Positions 1 to 6,600 of a stretch of DNA of 26,704 nucleotides are shown piece after piece (position 1 is the first letter of the stretch; every line of letters starts with the position of its first letter). The notes under the pieces were generated by a model. The model was not told the DNA's origin and made no database searches. It saw only the letters and a list, made by a program, of their open reading frames with translations. The stretch is from a virus (lineage: Duplodnaviria; Caudoviricetes), in the IMG/VR virus record IMGVR_UViG_3300025840_000207, positions 1-26,704 of that record; one strand, given 5' to 3'. The position numbers and the translations under genes were made by a program.

Positions 1-39
1 ACATTAGCATATATTTGGCTTATGTGATAGGTGAAGTGA

Positions 40-270
40 ATGAGTGAAACAGCTTTTACCTCTAATTTAATCAAGCAATTTCAAAGACGTAGGTACGAGT
101 TAGGACTTACGCAGCCTGAAGTTGACCAGAGGCTTGGCGTTGCGTCAGGCCTTTGTGCTAAATGGGAAATTGGTAATAGGAAGCCAACGCTGTTTAATGC
201 ATATTGTTGGGCTGAAGCCTTAGACCTTGAGATTAAGTTGGAGATTAAAGATGAGAGTGTGTGGGATTGA
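40..270 (+). CDS. XRE/Cro-type helix-turn-helix transcriptional regulator
   Basis: RRYELGLTQPEVDQRLGVASGLCAKWEIGNRKP matches the XRE HTH pattern (LTQxxxxxxLGV...WExGxxxP); 76 aa. Confidence 0.85.
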   Translation: MSETAFTSNLIKQFQRRRYELGLTQPEVDQRLGVASGLCAKWEIGNRKPTLFNAYCWAEALDLEIKLEIKDESVWD

Positions 271-712
271 CCCTGGGCTGACAGGCGGCATTACCTTTAT
301 ACAAGGCGATGAAGTGTCAGCACATAGAACACCTGTCGTTACAGTTAAGAAAAAGAAAATCCTTAATCTTGTAAGGATAGTTGATTATCTCAAACTGTTT
401 GAACCAGATATGGTTTATATTGAGAAGCAACAGTCTATGCCGAGGCAGGGAGTTGCTTCTACGTTCAAGACAGGACTGAACTATGGCCTGTATCTTGGTT
501 TGTTTGTGGCTCTTGATTTAAAATATACAGAAGTCAGAGCCGCAAAGTGGAAGAAAGACTTGAATGTTTCTTCTGATAAGGATTTAGCTAGAGCAAGAGC
601 AAGCTACCTACTACCCCAAGCTTCACACTGCTGGGAGTTGAAGTGCGAAGATGGGGTAGCGGAGTCAGCATTGATAGCTTACTGGGGTTTGAACTGTGGC
701 CAAGAACCGTAA
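251..712 (+). CDS. RuvC-like Holliday junction resolvase
   Basis: N-terminal CGIDPG, central YIEKQ, WKK, C-terminal DGVAESALIA: the acidic RuvC catalytic set. ATG 251 (GGAG upstream) preferred over TTG 227. Confidence 0.85.
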   Translation: MRVCGIDPGLTGGITFIQGDEVSAHRTPVVTVKKKKILNLVRIVDYLKLFEPDMVYIEKQQSMPRQGVASTFKTGLNYGLYLGLFVALDLKYTEVRAAKWKKDLNVSSDKDLARARASYLLPQASHCWELKCEDGVAESALIAYWGLNCGQEP

Positions 713-2295
713 GGGTCAAAGACAGGATTCTTAGCAAGCTCATCCTTGATAGCTTTGACACGATTGGCTCTTGAGTCGTTAGATACTTTGCCAAACAGGA
801 AGTCTTCCATCATTGAAAGCTGATTGGCTTTGTACTTGTTTAGCCATGTTTCGTCTGGCTTGAACCAGTTTGTGTAGGTTTCGGGAGAGCCAATAAACTC
901 TTTGAGGCATTCTGCTTGGACATCGTGCCTCGAAAGACCTGTGAGACAACACGCAACAAATAGCTTGTCAAGCTCTTGAGGGTCGAGAGACATGCAGTAG
1001 CTAAGTGGGCTAGTTCCATCAGCTTCAAAAGCATTATGAGCAGAAGTTTGGTGTTGCTCAATAAGTTTGAGATAATCAGGTTCAGTGTAGCCATCTGGTG
1101 TTTCTCCTCCAGGGAATATTGTTTGATGGTCTGCGTAGATGTTACCGACACGATTTATTGCTGAGTAAGTGTAGCCAAGTTTACGATGGATAAGCAGTGA
1201 TTTCATCAGCTTGCTCATTGTTACATCATCGGCGGCAGACCACATTTTGTTGAGTGCAAAGTCAGCGTAATAAGCATCAAGCAAATCTATCTGTGGGTTG
1301 CTGTAGGTCAGAGGCGTTACTTCTTCTTCTTCTTCCTCAACAGCCTCATCTTGAGCCTCCTGTGCTTCTTTAATGTCCTTCATAACCATTTCTTTGAAGT
1401 CAACGCTGTAACGATACGAGTTGTAGGTAATAACTAGAATCATATCTTGCTTGGCAAAGCCGTGGTCATCACCATATACGCCATCAAGTGTGCGACATTC
1501 AGGTGAGTCCCAATGGTATTGGTCTACAAGATAGATTACATCCATGTATTCTTTTCTGTAGTCCTCAACCATGCGGTAAATATGTGCGGCTTGTAGTTCT
1601 GCAAATGCTTCTCTGTTTGTAACAAACTCTTCCTCACCAAACAGGTCAGCTTCGATGCCAAGTTTTGCACGTTCTTCAGTGCCAATGTCGAAAAAAGCAG
1701 CACTTACAGGAATTTTTTGCTCTGTCATGGCACGTTTGACAGACTCAGCATGGAATGTCTCAAAGTCTTGGTCTAGATATTCATCTTGCTTTTGGTGATT
1801 ACCAAGCGTCAGAGCCTGTGCAACAGCCAAGTTGAAGCGGTAGGCACGGAACATCTCTTTAGCCTTGTCTGATAGCTCAGAGAGGCTTACACGCTGTTCT
1901 ACCCAGCGTTTGGTTTGACCAAAGCGTTTGGCTACAGAGTCAAAGTCCTCTGAACCGTCAGCAACAAGGGCTTGGATGACATCACACTCGTCAAGTGGAT
2001 GCATATCTTCACGCATCATGTTTGCATGAAGGCCAACCTCATTGTCATTGGATTCTAGTACAATGCAGTTGATGGGTGTTTTCTTGTCTTTGTAGACTTT
2101 GTTGAGGGCATCGAGGCGTCTGTTGCCATCGATGACGTTGTAGCCTTTACCATTCTCCACTACGACAAGATTGTGTAGCAAACCTTTGGATTGGATTGAG
2201 GCGGCAAGTTGAGCAATGCTCTCCCTGCTGGATTTTACTTTACGAACATTGTCGGGTGAGTGCTTTAGGTCACTCAGCGGAATCTGCTTCTGCAT
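679..2295 (-). CDS. Long ParB/Spo0J-family protein (plasmid/ICE type)
   Basis: LSDLKHSPDNVRK, LAASIQSKGLLHNLVV, VIDGNRRL (GxRR CTP-binding motif), ANMMREDMHPLDE, then HTH VAKRFGQTKRWVEQRVSL; 538 aa; GGAGG RBS. Confidence 0.85.
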   Translation of the reverse strand: MQKQIPLSDLKHSPDNVRKVKSSRESIAQLAASIQSKGLLHNLVVVENGKGYNVIDGNRRLDALNKVYKDKKTPINCIVLESNDNEVGLHANMMREDMHPLDECDVIQALVADGSEDFDSVAKRFGQTKRWVEQRVSLSELSDKAKEMFRAYRFNLAVAQALTLGNHQKQDEYLDQDFETFHAESVKRAMTEQKIPVSAAFFDIGTEERAKLGIEADLFGEEEFVTNREAFAELQAAHIYRMVEDYRKEYMDVIYLVDQYHWDSPECRTLDGVYGDDHGFAKQDMILVITYNSYRYSVDFKEMVMKDIKEAQEAQDEAVEEEEEEVTPLTYSNPQIDLLDAYYADFALNKMWSAADDVTMSKLMKSLLIHRKLGYTYSAINRVGNIYADHQTIFPGGETPDGYTEPDYLKLIEQHQTSAHNAFEADGTSPLSYCMSLDPQELDKLFVACCLTGLSRHDVQAECLKEFIGSPETYTNWFKPDETWLNKYKANQLSMMEDFLFGKVSNDSRANRVKAIKDELAKNPVFDPYGSWPQFKPQ

Positions 2296-2497
2296 CGGTT
2301 TCCTCCAATAATATAGTTACGTCCTTGGCTTCTATGCCAGTAAAGAACTCAAATGTTTTGCCGTCTGAAGCAGAGGCATAGACAGTCAGTGGACAATCAT
2401 GTTGCCCTTGATAGAACTTGATGGCAACAAAGTTTGGGTCATCAGTATATATGACAACTCTGGTACATTCGATAGTACCACTCATAGATGTGTACAT
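2270..2497 (-). CDS. Hypothetical protein, 75 aa
   Basis: Start shares one base with the upstream stop (TAATG); GGAGG upstream; collinear in the operon. Confidence 0.65.
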   Translation of the reverse strand: MYTSMSGTIECTRVVIYTDDPNFVAIKFYQGQHDCPLTVYASASDGKTFEFFTGIEAKDVTILLEETDAEADSAE

Positions 2498-2703
2498 TAT
2501 TTAGTCCTCCATACACGCCAAGTATCATCATCAATTTTACGCATTGTGCTTTGCCAGCCCTGTCTGCGTATAGCTTGACACATAGATACAGCTTGGCTTT
2601 TGCGTACATCAACGCTATCACCAACGCCCATTTTGAGAGCTACAGCACTGAACTGGCTGTAAGCATTGCGAGGCGGGATTGGTATATCGCTTCTGATTTT
2701 CAT
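2497..2703 (-). CDS. Small basic phage protein, possibly DNA binding
   Basis: MKIRSDIPIP...MGVGDSV...WRVWR pattern recurrent in small phage proteins; GGAGG RBS; abuts the upstream stop. Confidence 0.75.
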   Translation of the reverse strand: MKIRSDIPIPPRNAYSQFSAVALKMGVGDSVDVRKSQAVSMCQAIRRQGWQSTMRKIDDDTWRVWRTK

Positions 2704-2922
2704 TTAGTCCTCCATGATTTTGTCAGTCAGTGTCTTTGAAGCGAACGCTACGCCAATCCACAGGGGCGCACCAATCACTGAAACCAAGAGGGTCGGGTTG
2801 ATTCCCATCGCTATCATCATCAACATAATCGTAAACGATAGTGTTAGGTGAACAGTGACGAACCACCCAATCCAGCTTGCTTTGAGGCTGATTGGCTTTA
2901 TCTTGCGGATGTAATTTAGCAT
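2704..2922 (-). CDS. Small membrane protein (2 predicted TM helices)
   Basis: Two hydrophobic stretches (WIGWFVTVHLTLSFTIMLMMIAMGI; LLVSVIGAPLWIGVAFA); GAGGAG RBS. Confidence 0.75.
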   Translation of the reverse strand: MLNYIRKIKPISLKASWIGWFVTVHLTLSFTIMLMMIAMGINPTLLVSVIGAPLWIGVAFASKTLTDKIMED

Positions 2923-2924
2923 GT

Positions 2925-3089
2925 TTACTCCTCCTCATGCTTTACTTCACCATGACCTTCGCAAGTCTCGCAGTGGCGAAACTCACCGATTAACTCTCCT
3001 CCATACCTAAAGTCTGGGCTTGGCACTTCGTACTCGATAATGCACTCGCCCAGACATTCGGGGCATTCCACCCAAAATATATCAGGCAT
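2925..3089 (-). CDS. DnaJ-type zinc-finger miniprotein, 54 aa (not in ORF track)
   Basis: Hand translation MPDIFWVECPECLGECIIEYEVPSPDFRYGGELIGEFRHCETCEGHGEVKHEEE*; CPECLG and CETCEGHG motifs; fills the gap between neighbours. Confidence 0.75.
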   Translation of the reverse strand: MPDIFWVECPECLGECIIEYEVPSPDFRYGGELIGEFRHCETCEGHGEVKHEEE

Positions 3090-3255
3090 CTAATATTCCC
3101 TCTCTAATCATGTCTTGGATACGCCTGCCGTACCAACCCTGCAATTGCAGATAAAGGTTAGAGTCATAAATGTACTGCCATGCTTGAATAAACTCGTCCT
3201 CACTTCGAGGCGTTTCAATTCCTTCTGCTATCATCACGGCAATAGATGGAGTCAT
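3082..3255 (-). CDS. Conserved small phage protein (AWQ...LQGWYGR family)
   Basis: IAEG...QAWQYIYD...LQGWYGR motif seen in phage hypotheticals; ATG 3255 preferred over 3303 to avoid overlap, start uncertain. Confidence 0.7.
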   Translation of the reverse strand: MTPSIAVMIAEGIETPRSEDEFIQAWQYIYDSNLYLQLQGWYGRRIQDMIREGILDA

Positions 3256-3265
3256 TTGATAATTA

Positions 3266-3688
3266 TCATTTAAAGAACATGGGTCTGTAGTCTTCATAAC
3301 CATTCTCCATTGATATTTTAGCTTTGTTAAACATTATCATAACCTGTAGGTCATGTGTATCACCTATGAATTTTACGTCTTTCTCGAACTGTGTCAAAGA
3401 AGTTTGAGGCGGTACACTGTTACCTTCAGAGTCTGTACCCATGAATAACCCTTTGTTTACAAGGGGTTGTGGGTAATTCTTATGAATCCAGAAGAACCTT
3501 TGGTCTGCATACAAGCCTTCGTCATCGATGTACACACCATCGCCATTGTCATAGAGGCGTACAAATGTGAACATCCTAGCTTCGATAAGGTCTGATATCC
3601 ATTCATAACCAGTAGGGTCAATCTCTGACTTGACCAAAGATACCTTCTGTTCTTTTGGATTAACGATAGTGTCTAGTGATTCAACCAT
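3266..3688 (-). CDS. Hypothetical protein, DUF3846-like
   Basis: DGVYIDDEGL...PLVNKGLFMGTDSEG motif; AAGGAG RBS. Confidence 0.7.
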   Translation of the reverse strand: MVESLDTIVNPKEQKVSLVKSEIDPTGYEWISDLIEARMFTFVRLYDNGDGVYIDDEGLYADQRFFWIHKNYPQPLVNKGLFMGTDSEGNSVPPQTSLTQFEKDVKFIGDTHDLQVMIMFNKAKISMENGYEDYRPMFFK

Positions 3689-3698
3689 TGTGAACTCC

Positions 3699-3743
3699 TT
3701 GTGAATATTTCACAAAACAGGGTGTAAATGTGCATATTGCACA
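3699..3743. promoter_or_regulatory. Two tandem palindromic operator-like sites
   Basis: TTGTGAA-TAT-TTCACAA (3699-3715) and TGTGCA-TAT-TGCACA (3729-3743), 29 bp apart, between the ssb terminator and the next RBS. Confidence 0.6.
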
Positions 3744-3777
3744 AAAAAGGGCGGTGGCAGTCAGGTCGCCACCACCC
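3743..3777 (-). terminator. Rho-independent terminator after ssb
   Basis: - strand GGGTGGTGGCG-ACCTGAC-TGCCACCGCCC then TTTTTT; G.U pairs fit the - strand. Confidence 0.8.
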
Positions 3778-3803
3778 TCCTTCCATTCTAGGGGAACGAC
3801 TTA

Positions 3804-4220
3804 CTAGAATGGAATATCGTCATCCGCACCTGATGGTGAGCCAGTCTGAGGCGCACCTTCGGATGATGTCCCCTTGCTGGCTAGGCGGAATGTTGAGCCT
3901 GCACCAGCTAGTTTGACCTTGAATGAACGTTGCTTCTGGCCTTCCTTCTCATACTCTTCGATGATTGGGAAACCCTGGACAAATACAGTAGTGCCTTTGG
4001 CGGCATACTTCTCAATGACGTTAGACACAAGGCCCTTGCCATTGCTACCGTCCCAAGCTTCTACACGATACCAGTGGGTTTTCTCCACTTTCTCGCCTGA
4101 CTTGTTGGTGTAGCCCTCATTGACGGCAACAGAGAAGTTAGCAACCTTAGTACCGTTTACGTCACGGATTTCTGGTTCACTACCGATGTTACCTGAGATT
4201 GTGATTTGTGCGAAGTTCAT
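3804..4220 (-). CDS. ssb: Single-stranded DNA-binding protein
   Basis: ITISGNIGSEPEIR, VANFSVAVNE, EKTHWYRVEAW, acidic tip DDDIPF; ATG 4220 has an AAGGAG RBS, so the track's TTG 4316 start is rejected. Confidence 0.95.
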   Translation of the reverse strand: MNFAQITISGNIGSEPEIRDVNGTKVANFSVAVNEGYTNKSGEKVEKTHWYRVEAWDGSNGKGLVSNVIEKYAAKGTTVFVQGFPIIEEYEKEGQKQRSFKVKLAGAGSTFRLASKGTSSEGAPQTGSPSGADDDIPF

Positions 4221-4325
4221 GTCGATTTCTCCTTGCGTTGACATGGTTAGGTTTGAGGCATCACGTCTATCCTCTGTCACTGCATTGCGACCCTCCATGG
4301 TGGGTAACAGTGTCAATCTCCATTG

Positions 4326-4496
4326 TTATTTGGTTTTTCTTCTTTGCATTGCTGCTTTGATTGTTGGTGAAGAAACTTGTGTGCCAGTGCCTCGTCTCTG
4401 TTCTGTTCTGTAAGCCCAGAAACGAAACAACTTATCTTTATTGGCTTTCAGATGTTGAGAAAACTCGGTGACTGTCATTTCTGTTGCACGTTTCAT
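4326..4496 (-). CDS. Small basic hypothetical protein, 56 aa (not in ORF track)
   Basis: MKRATEMTVTEFSQHLKANKDKLFRFWAYRTEQRRGTGTQVSSPTIKAAMQRRKTK*; ATGA overlap with the upstream stop. Confidence 0.65.
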   Translation of the reverse strand: MKRATEMTVTEFSQHLKANKDKLFRFWAYRTEQRRGTGTQVSSPTIKAAMQRRKTK

Positions 4497-4777
4497 CGTG
4501 GTCTAATCTCCACCCATTCATAACCAAACTTTTTTCTGATTGGCTTTTTGTAGCCATTGAGCTTCTTCAATGCATAAAGTGTTGCTGAAATTATGCACCC
4601 CCCTATCACTGCCGCCATCATGCCAGCAAATGTGCCAGCAAACATAGCAACGAGCAAGATAGTTGAGGCGATGTCGATAGGGATGTCAAGCCAAAGAACT
4701 TTTTTGAAGTCGAATTTGGCTAACAAAAATAAAATAGCTAGTGCTGAGAATATGCCAGCGATGATATAGAAAACCAT
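4493..4777 (-). CDS. Small membrane protein (about 3 TM helices)
   Basis: Hydrophobic segments with a basic C-terminal tail; AAGGAGG RBS. Confidence 0.8.
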   Translation of the reverse strand: MVFYIIAGIFSALAILFLLAKFDFKKVLWLDIPIDIASTILLVAMFAGTFAGMMAAVIGGCIISATLYALKKLNGYKKPIRKKFGYEWVEIRPR

Positions 4778-4826
4778 AATGTCCTCCTTGTCAGTCTGAG
4801 GCGTTCCACCTCGGTGTTGGTTACAG

Positions 4827-4868
4827 AAAAAAAAGGTGGGAAGCCAGGGCGTGATGCCCCAGCCTCCC
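4827..4868 (-). terminator. Rho-independent terminator
   Basis: - strand GGGAGGCTGGGGC-ATCAC-GCCCTGGCTTCCC-ACC-TTTTTTTT, just after the stop at 4885. Confidence 0.75.
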
Positions 4869-4884
4869 GATGTGTATCGTAGGG

Positions 4885-5517
4885 CTACTGAACCCTACGA
4901 CCATATTTCTCTGTGTAAGCTTGACGCTGTTTGGGTGTCCATGACATGTAGACATCCATGGTGACCTTCTTGCGAAAGTGCGACCACTTCTTAGTCTTGC
5001 GTTCGGTCTCAAGCTGTTGCTTGGACTTGTAAGCATCCATCGTGTAGCCTGTGCGTCTCTCTATCTCAGGACGTACCTTGGTCTTGAGGACGTAGTGCAT
5101 ATTCTTGATGTATGCGTACTGCTCACGCATACGCTCAATGCGGTTGTCAATGTCTGACTGCTGGGTGACGGTAATCTCTGGGTCAGAAATTACATGGTCT
5201 TCGTTCTCGTTCTTGAGACGGTTGGCATAGTTATGAATGTCATCCATGAGATACTCAAGGTTGCGGATGCGAGAATCAATGAGCTTGCAACAGAGTGTCA
5301 AGTCATTGCCATCGCCATGAAACATGATAGCCGCTGTCTCAAGTTGAGCGTAGTGCATCTGCCATGCCTCATCGTATGAACGCTTGGCTTGCTCTGAGAA
5401 TGTGTCAAACTGTAGACGCTTGGCGATGTTGTCGAGATACTCGGTAGTTACATCATCCAGCGTAGGTAGCTTGGTTGGTGTAGGTTCAATGTTAGTTAGG
5501 TCAATATCAAAAGGCAT
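4885..5517 (-). CDS. Hypothetical helical/coiled-coil protein, 210 aa
   Basis: Long ORF; AAGGAG RBS; heptad-like helical segments; basic C-terminus. Confidence 0.8.
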   Translation of the reverse strand: MPFDIDLTNIEPTPTKLPTLDDVTTEYLDNIAKRLQFDTFSEQAKRSYDEAWQMHYAQLETAAIMFHGDGNDLTLCCKLIDSRIRNLEYLMDDIHNYANRLKNENEDHVISDPEITVTQQSDIDNRIERMREQYAYIKNMHYVLKTKVRPEIERRTGYTMDAYKSKQQLETERKTKKWSHFRKKVTMDVYMSWTPKQRQAYTEKYGRRVQ

Positions 5518-5529
5518 GTCTAGTTCTCC

Positions 5530-5772
5530 TTACGCCAAGTGTGGTAGTTCTGGTTGGTCAAAGTAATGCTCACCATGCACTGTATAGTATGCATCGTATG
5601 CTTCGTTTATCTTGTTGTTGTAAAGGTCATCGAGTCTGTCTAGTAGAAGTCCATGTCTACCAGCGTTTGTCTCTGTCGATAACTCTTCCATCAACCGACT
5701 GTATTCTTTCCACAAGAACTGAATCTGTTCTGCTTCTAAGTTTCTGGTCATATCAAAATGTTCTCTAACCAT
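5530..5772 (-). CDS. Hypothetical acidic protein, 80 aa
   Basis: AAGGAG RBS; collinear in the leftward operon. Confidence 0.75.
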   Translation of the reverse strand: MVREHFDMTRNLEAEQIQFLWKEYSRLMEELSTETNAGRHGLLLDRLDDLYNNKINEAYDAYYTVHGEHYFDQPELPHLA

Positions 5773-5794
5773 GTGTCGTTCTCCTTGTCGTAAT

Positions 5795-5819
5795 GGGGTA
5801 GATGCTAATCACCTACCCC
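5795..5819 (-). other. Intergenic RNA hairpin without U-tract
   Basis: - strand GGGGTAGGTG-ATTAG-CATCTACCCC, 10-bp stem with one G.U; possible processing or stability element. Confidence 0.55.
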
Positions 5820-5827
5820 GATTTGGC

Positions 5828-5998
5828 TTATTGGATTGTTATGTCGATGACTGATGCAAGATACATTGCACGTTCGGTGTCACCGTCAGCTAATGCTTGC
5901 TCAAGTTCCGATGTAACTTGATTCTCGTAGTCTTGGTCAATGTTGCCAAGACGCTGTTCTTCTTGCTGGTCTGTTAGTAATGTTTTGTAATAACCCAT
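5828..5998 (-). CDS. First gene of the leftward operon; acidic 56-aa protein (not in ORF track)
   Basis: MGYYKTLLTDQQEEQRLGNIDQDYENQVTSELEQALADGDTERAMYLASVIDITIQ*; GAGGAG RBS. Confidence 0.75.
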   Translation of the reverse strand: MGYYKTLLTDQQEEQRLGNIDQDYENQVTSELEQALADGDTERAMYLASVIDITIQ

Positions 5999-6024
5999 GA
6001 GTTTCTCCTCTACGTTATAGGGCT

Positions 6025-6544
6025 AACACATACACACGATTGTGCATGATATAGACGGGGCGACTATGAGTTGCGAAATGTCAAGGATTTGTTTTGTCGA
6101 GAGACAGGCTCGATTTGTCAGGACGCAGAGCCGCACCACTGTACGGCGACAGGTTATGCACAGACCGACAAAAGAAATACTTTACATAACGTCAGCTTAG
6201 ATGGAAGCAACCTACCGGATTGCTTGCATCTTAGCGCAGTGGTTCGTGTTCGAAGAGTCATCATTCCATGATATCATCACAACTCGTGTGTGTGTGTTGT
6301 CAATCTTCAGCGTGATGACTCGCAAGCAAATCAGCTAAGACACCTTAGATTTGTCCTACAAATCTTAGGATGTCTCTGATGCCGTCTTGCCACGACCGCC
6401 AGAGAGTTAAGGCATGTGCTAACTCACTGTGAGTACCCCTCGATGGGGTACGAAACAGTTGATTTCGACACTCTACTTGAGAGATAAACTGTCGAAATCC
6501 ACCTATAAAAGATATGTAAGACAATGAGATGCAAAAAGTGAGTT
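6025..6544. repeat. Non-coding region of nested imperfect inverted repeats (folded ssDNA element or structured ncRNA)
   Basis: Pairings read directly: 6025-6052/6271-6298; 6078-6099/6166-6187; 6195-6210/6220-6235; 6255-6263/6313-6321; hairpin 6338-6375; hairpin 6433-6451; 6461-6470/6490-6499; 6421-6428/6537-6544. Confidence 0.8.
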
Positions 6545-6573
6545 GACAGCCGTAGATGAAGTATACCTATAAT
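6543..6573 (+). promoter_or_regulatory. Sigma70-like promoter upstream of terS, 19-bp spacer
   Basis: TTGACA (6543-6548)-N19-TATAAT (6568-6573). Confidence 0.6.
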
Positions 6574-6600
6574 ACGTCCGTAGCAAATCGGGTCTTGGAA

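Noticed and set aside
3700-3714. CRP/FNR-type host site
   Set aside because: TGTGA-N5-TCACA has a 5-bp rather than 6-bp spacer; kept only as an unknown operator
588-5768. Short alternative ORFs overlapping the early operon (e.g. 840-1151, 2488-2739, 2723-2938, 3874-4113, 4120-4413, 4821-5036)
   Set aside because: Antisense or alternate-frame shadows; 4821-5036 and 3728-3916 run through terminators
6071-6271. 66-aa + ORF (and the 6424-6720 - ORF) in the divergent region
   Set aside because: TTG start, no RBS, odd composition; the sequence is better explained by base-pairing. The - ORF is antisense to terS.
6285-6297. (TG)n microsatellite as a phase-variation tract
   Set aside because: It is the complement of ACACATACACAC at 6026-6037, i.e. 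a stem arm
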